Below the pieces are notes generated by a model that saw only the letters and a program-made list of their open reading frames with translations, did no database searches and was not told where the DNA came from. A stretch of DNA of 64,000 nucleotides, taken from assembly GCA_028534125.1 (NCBI GenBank), contig CM052832.1, positions 11,844,001 through 11,908,000 on the forward strand, in the 5' to 3' direction. The first letter of the stretch is position 1; the number at the start of each line of letters is the position of its first letter. Positions 12,073 through 24,295 of the stretch are shown one piece after another. Source of the stretch: Lama glama. Lineage: Eukaryota. Made by a program: the position numbers and the translations under genes.

Positions 12073-12820
12073 CTGGGAAACCAAATAAATTAAGTCATTA
12101 CAAAACATGCATTTAAAAAATAAATTCCATTATTGGATAGGCAGAATTCATCTAATCAAATATTTCATACATTATGTGTATAATGTCTTATAACCTATGC
12201 ATACAACCCTGTTGGTTTCCAAACAAACACTTTATTAAAGCTTAATCAATTAGGTCAAGTTTATAGCTCTCAAATATCCCAAATTATATTATATTATACT
12301 ATGATGTGACATTAACAAATGTTGATTATTAATACCATACCAATCACTGCAAATAATGCGACCAAAACTTGGTAACAAGATCAAAGCTAAAGCAAAGGTT
12401 TTGTTTGATTTTTTTCTTTCAAACTCAGGCTAGATTTTTATCATGATGTCTGTCTTTAAGTCTGATTTTAAATATCACTTTCCTACCAAAAGCTTTCTCT
12501 CATGTGTCCAAATGGAGTTCTATTGAAAACAAGAATAAAAGGAGGGATTCCAGGTGTAGGTAAAGGAAAGCTTCTTTATTGTATAAAAGAACAAAAATTG
12601 ACCACTCAACAGAGTTGTGAATTCTCCCAGGAATTCCTCAACTCTTAGCACACCATGAGGGTCCACTGAATCTAATTTTAGTTTTTGAGATTATTTCTTG
12701 AGTAGTTCTAATTATTTGTAAGGATTGAGAGTCACAACTTTTATTATTTATTACAGATAATCAGAGACCAAAAATAAATTTTGCTTATGTTTTCAATAGA
12801 GTAAAACTCATTCTATCTTG

Positions 12821-13127
12821 TGTTGACCAAAAACAAACACACTGCCAGTTATTTCTCCAGCAAAAAATGGGTTTATTCGTGATCAGCAGAGCCATATGCA
12901 AGTTCCTGAATGCCAAGGGAAGGAAAACTCTTTTATAGAGGGGAACTGGAAGTTGGGAAGGCTATAGCAAACAAAGAGTCCATGGCTTTTCATTGGCTGA
13001 GCTGTTGCCAAGAAAGAAGAGGAGTCTCTTCTTGTTGGGCTCTGTTCATGTTGCAGGGCATGGGAGCATCCCCCTTCTGGTCTCCCAACTCTATTTAACT
13101 GAGGTTTCTGTTTCTTAATTTTTTACA
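12821..13127 (-). mobile_element. ERV1-class solo LTR, 307 bp
   Basis: TG...CA ends and 4-bp TSD CTTG (12817-12820 / 13128-13131); minus-strand CCAAT, TATAAA and AATAAA in LTR order. Confidence 0.85.
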
Positions 13128-14420
13128 CTTGCAATTATCATATGGGTGCATTGGACCCTTTTATAAATCTAAGATACATTCTGGAATCTTTTATCTTTTT
13201 TTCCAACTCTTGTTTCATTTTTCAAATTCATCATCCTAGAAATTATTTCAATGTTAATCACTGATTATTCCCAATTATACTAAAAGTGACTAAAATAATA
13301 AGAAAAATGAATGGTGAAATCTCCTATAAGGATGATGCAACAGTGGGAAAAAGCACTATTGCATCATCCTTCAAATTTCTTATTGTGTTGATAAAATAGT
13401 GCATCATCTTTCAGGAAAGTATAAAAAAGGAACTCTGGGACACCATTTTTAGTCTTTTGGTTTCTGTTTAATTTAGCTTTCACTTAATACAGTTAAGAAT
13501 TTGGTACTTTTCATTTTCTATAGAAAACAGCAAAAGAAGAAAACTGACAAAGAAAGGTGCTTCCCAAGTATTAAACAATAAAGAGACAGAAAGCAGCACT
13601 CTGGACTCTAATTTTGATAGTGCAACTGTGTAAGTGAAATCTCAGACTTTCATGTCTTTAGATGATGATAATCTAGATCAATTTTTTAAACTTAATAATG
13701 TATGAGTGAAAAATATATTTCAATAGAGGCAAGGGCTTCATCATGCAATATTTTGCAACAAGAACCTAGACCATCCTATTTTGTGAAAAATGTGACAGGG
13801 TTCTTTCATTATTTATGATGTTTTTGTAAATTGTGTCTCCTACATTCTGCAAGTAGACAAATGTGAAAGCAGATGTATGTTCAAAGGAAACAGATGATGC
13901 AAAAATGAAAAACGTTAATTGAATTGATCATTCAAATTTAACAGTAATAAAGAGTTTTGCATTTATAGTGCAAAGAAGATGGTGATCCCCCTCTCTTCAA
14001 CAAAATTATGAGTGTCCAATTTTCAACAGTCTTGAGTTTTAACAAAGCAAGTGCAAGAAAAACCATAAGTAATGATAAGCTTGAAGTTACTGGAGATGGG
14101 CTTGAAATCTAGACTCAGTGTTTACAGGATGGGTATGCTCAGGGTTCATGCATGACAGCTGATGAGCTGCAGCCAAACTTTGGTCTCCATTTCTGTATAT
14201 AAATCTTCAAACCAGGAACATTATGGAGTGAAGTTTGGGTTTTCTCTGCTTAAATTCCTGTTAAATTTTCTAATAAAACTGCCTTTCACCATTCCTTTAA
14301 TCTTACTTCTGAAAATTATTCATAATTCCTTAAAAATATAAAAAATTTAAAGGGTCCACTGGTCCAGATGGTAAATGGGGATGATTAGTTTTCCTAGAAT
14401 ATTGAGGGTTAAAATAAAAC

Positions 14421-14588
14421 ACTGATTCTCAGACTGAGTATGCAAAAGAATTAACTAGAGAGTTTATAAAAGTGCAGATTTCCTGGGACCCAATCTTAGA
14501 GATTCTGATTCAGTAAGTCAGGGGAAAGGACCAGGCAACAGCAATTTCAACACAAGTGGTCACTGGGTTTGGGCTTGGAAAACAACTG
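14421..14588. mobile_element. MER5-like hAT-Charlie element
   Basis: gcagatttcctgggaccc...agagattctgattcagtaagtc; similar fragments at about 21483-21635 and 44410-44505. Confidence 0.7.
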
Positions 14589-15277
14589 TTTTAGAAAAAG
14601 AATACAAACTATCTACCCTAAATGGCTGAAGAATTCATTTATCTTCAGACAATTTTAAGTCTATTCTGCCATAACATTTTCATGCTGGGACTCTGAAACA
14701 AGTCAACATAAAATTTTAAAACCAAGATTCTAACAAGCTAATACCACTGTTTTCATTTTGCCTTTGAGGAAAGTTAAATTTCAAATTCTATTAAAATACA
14801 CTTGTTTAAATCCTAGATCCACTGTTTAAAATCAATTAAGTTTCTTGGCCAATCTCAATAAATTCTTATGTCTACTCAGTGGGGAAAAGCACTTAGCACA
14901 AATACAGTTAAGAAGGAACTGAGAGCTGAGGATGGCTATTCCTCTAAAGAAACAAAAGTTATCTGGAACTGCAGTGCCTCTGCACAATCACTGACACTAT
15001 TCAAAAATTGTGAAAAGAAAAAAATAAAGCACAGGCTAAATACAGGCCACAAATGCCCAGAATTTTTGCAATATATTTTCTACTGCCCTATAGCATGTCT
15101 TTTGTATGTGGAAACTGTGTATCAATGGGTCAGGAATAGCCAAGAATGAGGGGACTATTCAGGAGTTTTCCAAGCCAGACTCCTCTTTGCATGATGAAGG
15201 AACTAGTGGTGACATGATTCTTCTAATGGACAGTGTCAATTATTTGCTTATAACACTTGTCCCACTTTTAAACTTAC

Positions 15278-15378
15278 CTGGTTTTGTGTAAAGCCTCATA
15301 GTCAGTCACAGGCAACCCAAACAGTTGTTCACCAGATGAATATGTAACAAATTTCCTCCACAGATCATCGAAATTAGC
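15278..15378 (-). CDS. DNAH8: DNAH8 exon (ANFDDLWRKFVTYSSGEQLFGLPVTDYEALHKT[R])
   Basis: ttatag acceptor, AG|gtaagt donor, 101 nt. Confidence 0.93.
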
Positions 15379-18300
15379 CTATAAAAAGGTTTTCAAATTA
15401 TGGTAATATGTAATTAATTCAGATCCCATTAAAGTAGAATTTATTATAATCAGAATAAAAACTACACTGAGGTTTATTTAATAATATCTATAAAACAAGG
15501 ATTTGTGAAGCAAATTTATACTGATACCAAGTTATCAGAGGAAAAGTTAACCACTTAGGAAAATTAGCTTTCAAGCGTTCTGGAAGTATCTATTCTATAT
15601 GAAATTATTTCTTTAATTAATTAAGTGATTCCCAGACATATATTACAAGTTCCCATAAATACATCTGAAGGTAATGAAACTGCCTTTTAAAAATTCCATA
15701 ATTTAGACTTTTTCACTATTTCAGATGGGTCATCTCTCTTACAGGGTTCAAATAAGTGAAGCATTGGAATAATTCATTCAACCCTGTTTTCTCTATAAGC
15801 AATAAAAAGTCTGTAAAGTAAAGAATTTCATTTTAACACCATTTGAAATATGTGAAAAACTCTAACAATTTAAATGAGCAAAGTTAATGCACAGGTCTTC
15901 TGAATTGGAATTTGAATTTCCTATAGTTAGAATACTAAGTATTAACAGTGTTTAAAGCACAAAAGCAAACAGAAATAATTCACTTGTGACAAGATATGTG
16001 TGCTTCTCATAATGGCATAACATATTAGTAAGAATCCTAAATTTCCAGTGCTGGAAATTATCTGGCATCAGACCTCACAGTGTTCAGATAATGATACCAA
16101 TCTGACAGATAGATAACCTCAGCACATTTTACAGAAGTCAAATCAGGAAAGTGTCAAGACCCAAGAGCAACTCCAATAAACTCTTAATTGCTAAAGGGAA
16201 AGAGTTATTTTGTATTTTTTATACTTCTTGGTGGTTGGTATGGTGGTTACTCAATAGATTTACTGAATGAAAAATCCATGGGACTATGTGGACATTAGGA
16301 AAGGAGAAACGAAAACTTCAAAGTTAGCATACATTTAAATGATGACATTTAAAATCTTGTTAATGTGGTGAAAACTACTGATGAATGTCAGTCACTCACC
16401 CCTTTTTCCACTCAGGTCCCAAATAATATAAAAAGACTCGTAGCACCAGCCAAACGGGGAACAAGACGTCAGCTTGGCCAGCAGGCCAGCCAAGTACCCC
16501 ATAACTCCCCAAGCTGGAGTAAAGCTGCATGAGAAAACACCACTGGGACCTGAGGCCCAGTGTGAGATGAGGCTCCTTCTTCTTCCCCAGATCTAGATCT
16601 TGGTACCTGCTTTTATTGGGGAGGGAGGCAGGGTACAGGGGGAACCTGCATTTGAGAAGAGTTAGGTCTGCAAGTCTGACCTAGAGTCACATATTTAGCC
16701 AGATGCCTGGAAAACAGGCAGCTCAGCTTACAAGCCCAGGCACAGGCAGAACAGAAGGTACAAGAAGGCAAGAGATGGGCTCTACATTGTCTTTTCAATG
16801 AAGTGAACACACCCCTGATAAACGGGTGGCTCATTAAAGTCCCAGTTGCTGACCAATGAGTTGGTAACTCCTGAGGGAAAGACAAGGAAGTGAGTCCACC
16901 TTTAAAACATACTCACCTCCAACCACTTCCCTAGGTCTCTACTCAAATGTCATCTCTTAAGGAAGCTTTCTCTGGAGGCCCTATTTTAAATTTCACACCC
17001 ACTTTACATACACATAGCCCAGCACTGTATGCGTCTTCCAGGCTTTTTTTCCCTTGGCATTTATCACCATGCAACATTACTATCCATTCCATTATTCATC
17101 TTGCTTTTATTGCTGAGAGGTTTCTCTTGGCTCACCGGGCAGCCTCCAGGTCAGTCTTAGTTCTGACTCCTCCAGAGAGGGAGGCCTGTCCCTGGGACTC
17201 TGGCTCCAAACCTGAGGACTTCAGGTAGTAAAGGATCAGAGTCTCCTCCAGGGTTCAGCACAAAGGGGGCTGGCAAGGGTAATGGAAGGAGCCGGTTTCA
17301 GTCCAAGAGTGACCACAATAGTTCGAGAGAGAGAAGAACCCTGACCATAACAAGGGACTAGACTTTTTATCTGAGGACAACATGTTTAAGTGAAAGGTTT
17401 GTGCCTGCTGCATCCCATGAAAACCCCTGCCAGCACACTCACCGTATCTGACAGAAATCCCTAAGAGTTACTAGGCTAGACCTGCCCTCCTGTAACCAAG
17501 TGGCAGAGACACTGGGCTCTGGGACAGATGATTCATCTGGCTTGCACAAGTTTATCCCACTAAGGACTAGCTGCAATTCCTGGTTGCTCTAATTATCCTA
17601 GAGAAACACTTTTCTTATCAGGGTATGGATTTTAAAAACACTCAAATCAAGGGAGATACCTGAAAATTAAATGTCATATGAAAATTCCACTTAGTTATGA
17701 TGAGAAAAGGTTGAACTACCCCTATCAACTCTCAGGAGAACCTGCAATTTAAGAGGCTTCTTTCAACCTGACTGAACTTTTTGGGCAAAAGAGTTCATGG
17801 AACCAGCCTCAACCATCCATAGAACATACATATAAAGCAACAAGAATAAGATTTCTGACTCCAAGTCTTCATTTATTTGCTTTGGGGCAAAAACCCAATC
17901 ATTAAGCGACATGAAGTAACCTCCAACATCGGTAAAGGCATATTTAAAATATCTCATCAGTATGTGGCAAAGTTAAGGTATAAACTACAGAAGAAAACTT
18001 CATGTGTTTCCATAACCCACAAGTTCTCATACCGAGATCACAGTGGTCACCACATGGTTTTGCAATTATCTATCTAGCTCTCTTGTCTCCCTCCCAGATC
18101 TTAGCAGCTTAGAAGTAAGAACCATTTCTTCATCATGCTTCTGTTAACCAAGACACCCAGTAGGTATCTGATAAATATTTTTTTAACAACTGAGAATGCA
18201 GGTGGGGACATAAAGTGATATAGTACAGCCACTATAGAAAACAGGATAGAGAAGGGGAACAAATAGAATTGCCTGATGCTCCTGGGAGACTAGCTTACAT

Positions 18301-18859
18301 AAAAATCCATGAATCTGCAAAACATTAATCCAAACGGGTGTGTGACTTTTCTCTAGATGTGCTCAGCAATCTGCTCTAGAAAAAGATGGGGAATGGTTGG
18401 CCTGGTCCAGTGAGTTCTGTATGGTCTGAAGCAGGACAAAGGAGCTGGGAAGTTTAAAGTGATAGATACAGAAAAAGGAAAAATAATGGATACAGAGGAA
18501 AGACAGGGAAACCATTTGTCAATATTTGAAATCCTATTTTGATACAGTTTATTGTCCTATGAATTTTTAAATCACTTTACAAACAAATGAAATGTCTGGA
18601 ACTAGAATAAGGTATATGCTTAAGTTCAAAATCAAAGTCTTGTTCTCTAAAAACACACAGAGATTCTCTGTGCAGAAGAGCATGAAGGGATATGAGAGAA
18701 GGAATCAATTACATTACTTAGCAGATTAGAATACTATTAAAATCTGTAGCCACTTGAAACATTAAGTTTTCTATTGTAAGTTAAATGCATAAATTTCCCT
18801 CTAAAATCAATTTAAAGAATGACAACACATCAATGTAACAAAAAAAAATGTAGTATTAC

Positions 18860-18922
18860 CTGAAATATCTGTAGCCTGTTGCTAGCTTCTTGTGGTGGTA
18901 TATTTGGAACCATGGGTCCTTC
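18860..18922 (-). CDS. DNAH8: DNAH8 exon (EGPMVPNIPPQEASNRLQIFQ)
   Basis: ttacag acceptor, CAG|gtaata donor, 63 nt. Confidence 0.93.
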
Positions 18923-20183
18923 CTGTAAAATATAATATAATCTCCCTTTTAATTCTTAATCAGATGTACTTATCAATTTATTAGGTTTATCTGTTATCTC
19001 CTTTTAAACAAATAAACACGATTCTTAATTTAAGTGGTCTAATTTTGTCCTGTACATGAATATTTCATTTTTTTTGTAATTCACATATTATACAATCCAC
19101 TTCACTTAAAATGTATAATTCAATAGATTTTATTATATTTACAGAATTGTGTAACTATGATCACAATTTTAGTACGTTTGCATCATTCTAACTTCTATTC
19201 ATTTTTAAAGGACCTTGACAGAGCTAATAAAAAAATGTGACTAAATTACATCCTATATCAAAAGTTCCTAACACGAGAGCTCTGTTTCACTTCATTTATG
19301 ATTATAAATGATAATGCTGTGGTTGTACTTTGGAATAACTGATACACAGTTCTGAGAACAACCTCCTTTCACTAATAGTTCAGCCTAATATGGAAACAGA
19401 GACATACATAGGTTGAATACTTGGAAGCAGCAGAAGGCTGTCTGTGGTGGCCATGAGCTAGAAAACAGCTGCAAAAGAGACCCCAGATGGTCTGTACAAT
19501 CGTGAATACCATGGATATGCTAAATAAAAGACCAGACTGCCAGTATAATAGAATAACAGGGCAATAAAATGTTGACTAATCTAACCTAAAAGGGATAAGT
19601 TTTAGAGTAGCACTAAGGACTGTAATCAGCTTATGAATTCAGATCTCTTGACCATTAAAGAAAGTAGAATTTGTTGGGACTATATCCAACTTCTGAGTTT
19701 AATTTCGAAGTTGTGGACCATTATCAGTCATTATAACAGGTTGAGAAGTCTGTGGGATTCACCAAGGATGATTTTCAGTGATCCTTTTTGTTCTCTGAGA
19801 GTCAGTGAAAAAGAAAATTAGTTGCACAATCCCCTGGCATTAAGGTATTATGCAAAATCAGTTGCGTAACACCCTGAGATTAGGGCATTTATAGATTTTT
19901 ATAGCCTTCCAACAACTGTATTATACTTTCAACTATGAGAATTCTGGCCCTGAGAAAGGACAAAAAGTTGTTGCTCCTTTTAACAGTTACATCTTCTTTC
20001 TTCCTCCATAAAACATGCTTAACGGACTAACTATCCCCCCTTTTTGATAGCTGTAAACATGCAAACATAGCCTCTGACATACAGTTACAAATCACAGTGC
20101 ATTTCTTAGGGTTCATCACTTTCATCTTATATTAAATATACCACCAAACATCTTAACACACAGTATGCAAGGACTTAAATTAC

Positions 20184-20297
20184 CTTCTCATATGCTTCTG
20201 CAAAATTCATTACATCCTCACGGAAAACTTCCACAGACTCAAGTAGACTACTTTTAAACTTTGGCTGCAGTTGAACTAGTTCGTCTTGTACGGAAAC
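20184..20297 (-). CDS. DNAH8: DNAH8 exon (VSVQDELVQLQPKFKSSLLESVEVFREDVMNFAEAYEK)
   Basis: ttctag acceptor, AAG|gtaatt donor, 114 nt. Confidence 0.93.
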
Positions 20298-20789
20298 CTA
20301 GAATAAAAAAGAACACTCAGTGTGAGAGTGAAACTAATGTATTTAAATGAAAACTACGATTCTATTCCAGCAAGTTTGTTATCTCACAGATGTCCTGTGT
20401 GAGCAAAGATGTCTCTGAACATTATCTGTTAAAAAAAAAAAACCCACAGAAATAAACAATCCATATGCTCCAACAGGAGGCTCAAATCATTCTAGCTCAT
20501 GACCCAGGAGGCAAAGCTGACTAACTGCAGTTAGGAAGAAGTTTTCCAGCTGACCTAGTTCAGGTCATGGCTACAGCCAAGGAAACAGATACTACTATGG
20601 ACCCAGTCTGGGTCACGTGCTGTCTCCAGGACCAGGCCACTGGATGGAATTAGCAATTTCTAGTAGGTTTACAGGACTGCAATAATTGGAATAGTTCCCT
20701 AGAAGAAAAAGATATTACTCTAGGTGTAAAAGAAAAACAGTAATGCCCTCCACAGTGGTCGTCAAAGCTTCTGCTTAAACCTGCAGTCA

Positions 20790-21035
20790 TGATAGCTAGC
20801 ACTTAATTCTTGCCTTCTATCTGCTACACTCTTTACATATGTTAACTCATTTAATCCTCACAACCACCCTGTGTAGTGAATACTAATATTATACCCATTT
20901 TACGAGGGATAAAACTGAGGCACAGAGAGACTAAGTAACTTCTTCAAGGTCCCAGCACTAGCATGAGACAAGGTCAAAGTCAAGATTTAGAATCTGGCAG
21001 TGTGGTTCCAAGGTTCCTCCTCTTAACCACTGTCA
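20790..21035 (-). mobile_element. MIR SINE
   Basis: ctcatttaatcctcacaaccaccctg...cccattttac...aaactgaggcacagagag. Confidence 0.85.
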
Positions 21036-21275
21036 ACAGCAGCATCTTTCTGGGTTGGAACACATACTGCTTTAAGCTTAACGGTGACTGTAGTAAAGGG
21101 TGGGTCAGTAGGTTAAACACTAACAGACAGATGAGAGAAAAACCCAAGTCAATCATTTTCACTGAACAATAATAAAGCTATTAAGATAATATATATAAAG
21201 CTTTTTAAAAGCTTGAAATGTATTTGTTCTGGAGGTAGTGACTTAATAAAAAATAAGAATTAAATCCGTACTTAC

Positions 21276-21380
21276 AGCTTTGCTCTGCAATTTATTGAAA
21301 GAATATCTCAAGGTATCAACTGCTTCTGATTCTTCTTTGGTTACTTCAACTTCAAATCTGTTTAAAATAGCATAGGCTTC
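21276..21380 (-). CDS. DNAH8: DNAH8 exon (EAYAILNRFEVEVTKEESEAVDTLRYSFNKLQSKA)
   Basis: ccgcag acceptor, GCT|gtaagt donor, 105 nt. Confidence 0.93.
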
Positions 21381-21779
21381 CTGCGGAATGGGGGTAGAGT
21401 TCAGAAGCATCACAAGGAAGGGAACTGCCAGATGACTTAGACGCCTCCTAGAAGCATACTCCTATGTCTTAAAAGAGGAGAAGAGTGGTTCCCCAAATTA
21501 AGCGTGTATAAATACCTCCTCTAGATTCCCACTGATATCAGATATTGACTCCAGATCCCTGGCCCTGAAATCTGAATTTAATAAGCCCCTAGGTGATTCC
21601 GGTGGAGAGTAAGCAGATCACTTTGAGATACTATCCTAGGAAAAACATCCCTAGAATAATTTTCTGCCTCTCTCTCCTCCTTGATCTTGTGTCAACGCCA
21701 TGCAAAATGTTTTCTCATACTCTATTAAAATACAGGTTGGAATACGGAATAAAATGATGATGTGAGAGATATCCTGAAG

Positions 21780-22028
21780 AGAAGAAATGGAGTAACAAAC
21801 AAACAAAAACAAAAACAAACTCATAGATACAGAGAACAGATTGGTGGCTGCCAAAGGGGAAGGGGGTTGGAGGGGAGGGTGAAATGGGTGAAGGTGATCA
21901 ACTGGATGGTGATGGACCGTAACTAGTTTGTGGTGGTGATCACTTTGTAGTGTATACAAATACTAAATTATAATATTGTGCACCTGGAACCTGCATATTA
22001 TATGCCAATTTTATCTACTTTTTTTTTA
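21780..22028 (+). mobile_element. Short L1 3' UTR fragment
   Basis: ctcatagatacagagaacagattggtggctgcc...gtggtgatcactttgtagtgtataca. Confidence 0.75.
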
Positions 22029-22257
22029 AAGTGATGAATTGGCAACTGGCTTTACCAGAAGAATGTACGCTGAAAAACTGAGCTACTACAATAAGGAAAA
22101 AATGATATGATTATCTGTTACATCTTAAGAAGCCAGTGATCATCATTCAAAATTCCCAAATAATAAGATCTAAAGAAGTAGTAAAGACATAAAGTTCACA
22201 TGCTACCAAAGAGTATAAACTCTAAATGAGTTCAAGACAGCGATGCTCAGTCATGAA

Positions 22258-22997
22258 CACTGGGTGCCAAAAGTAAGCAGTGGGAGTGCCGATTCTCTGG
22301 GTACTCCAGGCAATAAGGGAGTGCACTGTCCACAGAGAATTTGAAAAACAGGAATGAAATAAGTCTGATTTTTTATCATCACCATGAGCCAGAAATTTTA
22401 CATATTGGTCATAAACACTTGCGGTAGACAGAACAATAACCTCCCCAATGTTATCCACGCCCTAATCCCTGGAACCTGCGACTATGTTACCTTACATGGC
22501 AAAAGGGACTTTGTAGGTGTGATTCAGTTAAAGAATCGGAGATGAGGAGAGCATCCCAGATTAACCAGGTTTGGCCCAACGTAATCACAAAGGTCTATTT
22601 AAAGGAAAGAGGGAGGCGGGAGATTCAGAGTCAGAGATGTGATGACAGAAGCTGGGGTAGGAGTGACGCCACGGCTGGATGGGAGCCATGAGCCAACAAA
22701 TGCAAGCAGCTTCTAGAAGCTGGACAAGGCAAGGAAAGGATTCTTCCCTAGAGCCCCTGATGACATGTTGATTTTAACCCCAGAAGACCCATATTCAGAC
22801 TTCTGACCTCAGGAAGCATAAAATAATACACTTGTGTTGTTTTAAGCCATAAAGTTTATGGTAATTTGCTACAGCAGCAACAGGAAACTAAAACAGTACT
22901 CTTCCCTAAAAATATCTACTGTTGATTTAAATTTCAACAGTTTACTTACAGTGCCTAAGTGGACCACTCCCACCATCTGCCCATGGTATGCCACTGG
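22258..22997. mobile_element. hAT-Tip100 MER97-like element split by an MLT1D LTR
   Basis: caggcaataagggagtgcactgtc...ttatcatcaccatg on the left; ends ggtatgccactg on the right. Confidence 0.6.
22420..22895 (+). mobile_element. MaLR solo LTR (MLT1D-like)
   Basis: tgcggtagacagaacaat...gttaccttacatggcaaaagggactttg...ggtaatttgctacagcagcaacaggaaactaaaaca. Confidence 0.85.
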
Positions 22998-23367
22998 TCT
23001 ATGAGTGAGACCCATAACGGGTTTCTAAGGAAAGCCAAAGATAAGGGGGGAACTTGTCTAGCATGTCAGAATTGACGTGAAAGAGTATAACCATTCTTTT
23101 CTAAAATGTAGATGCCAGCATAAAAACCTGAACACTGCCTTTGACCAGTACAGCATTATTAATATATTAATATTCTTTTGCAAACTGTTTACTGTTGATG
23201 ATTATCAAAATCCTTCCCAGGACATCAACATCAGAGAGGAAAAACAGGCAGAATGTGCCATAAAATAGATGAATACGTTAACAGCATCAAAACAACATCA
23301 ATTTTTTAGTGTTTCTCTATTTTTTTAAAATGGTATTTCAGGAAAGAAAAATGCAATCATCTCTTAC

Positions 23368-23603
23368 TTCAATTGGTCCCAAAGTCATGTCCATTTGAAT
23401 TTCATTATCACGGATACAAGACAAGGCTTCCATTGCAAACCTGACATCATCTAAATCACGAATAGGTCTTGATAACTTTTTCAAGTATTCATTGATAAAT
23501 GCTATCATGTCTGACATTTTCTTTTTGTATTCTTCATTCAAATAGCGACACAATAACATCTTCCATGCCTTAGCCTCAATTGATAAGGCCAATTTCATTG
23601 GCT
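23368..23603 (-). CDS. DNAH8: DNAH8 exon (EPMKLALSIEAKAWK...LSRPIRDLDDVRFAM...LGPIE)
   Basis: cctcag acceptor, GAA|gtaaga donor, 236 nt. Confidence 0.94.
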
Positions 23604-24125
23604 CTGAGGAAGACAAGAATAAGGTCAAAATAGAATACAGCTGACATTCTGAAACAATTTACTTTTGTGTCATCTGAGCATCTATAACTCCACAGTCCTA
23701 GTTGATAGCCACTAGGCACACTGAGCACTTAAAATATAGTTAGTCTGAATTAAACGTGCTGCAAGGTTACTAGACACTGAAGACTTAATTCCTGTTCCCA
23801 TGGAGTATGTTAAGCTGTTCACGAGAAGCAACCAAAGTCTATGGAGAAGACTTTGTTCCAACACCATCCAATGTGAACCTTGCTCCGTTTCTGGCCATCC
23901 CATTAGCAGCCCTCACTCATTCGTCCAGTTTCCTCCAGGTAACCCCACACAGTGAAGTGTAATACATTTTTCTGTCTGCCAGATCTGCCCCAGTCTTCCT
24001 GTTTTTTCACTCCCCCATCATCCACATGGTTAGAGGATATGTATAACCAGATCTTGTACTTAGGCGTAGTTGATTGTCACAGTCAACCCTTAACTTTTAT
24101 GGACCAATCAGAATCTTTTCTTGAA

Positions 24126-24295
24126 GGGGGAGGATATAGCTCAGTAGTAGAGCAGTGCTTAGTATGCACGAGGTCCTGGATTCAATTTCCAGTACCACCA
24201 TTAAACAAACAAACAAACAAGCAAACCTAATAACTTCCCCACCCAAAAAAAAAACCCCAGCAAAACAAAAAAATTAATAATAGTAATAATGATAA
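24126..24295 (+). mobile_element. tRNA-derived SINE (camelid-type)
   Basis: A box tagctcagtagtag, B box gattcaatttcc, A-rich tail, 15-bp TSD agaatc(t/c)tttcttga (24110-24124 / 24296-24310). Confidence 0.85.

Noticed and set aside
16400..17600. GC-richer intronic blocks (16400-17600, 24320-24900, 28390-28920)
   Set aside because: Probably old ERVL-type LTR fragments, but I cannot assign family or boundaries and see no coding or structural signal.
24126..24200. tRNA-like sequence with A and B boxes (also 48355-48427)
   Set aside because: It has an A-rich tail, a TSD and a second copy, so it is a SINE head rather than a tRNA gene.
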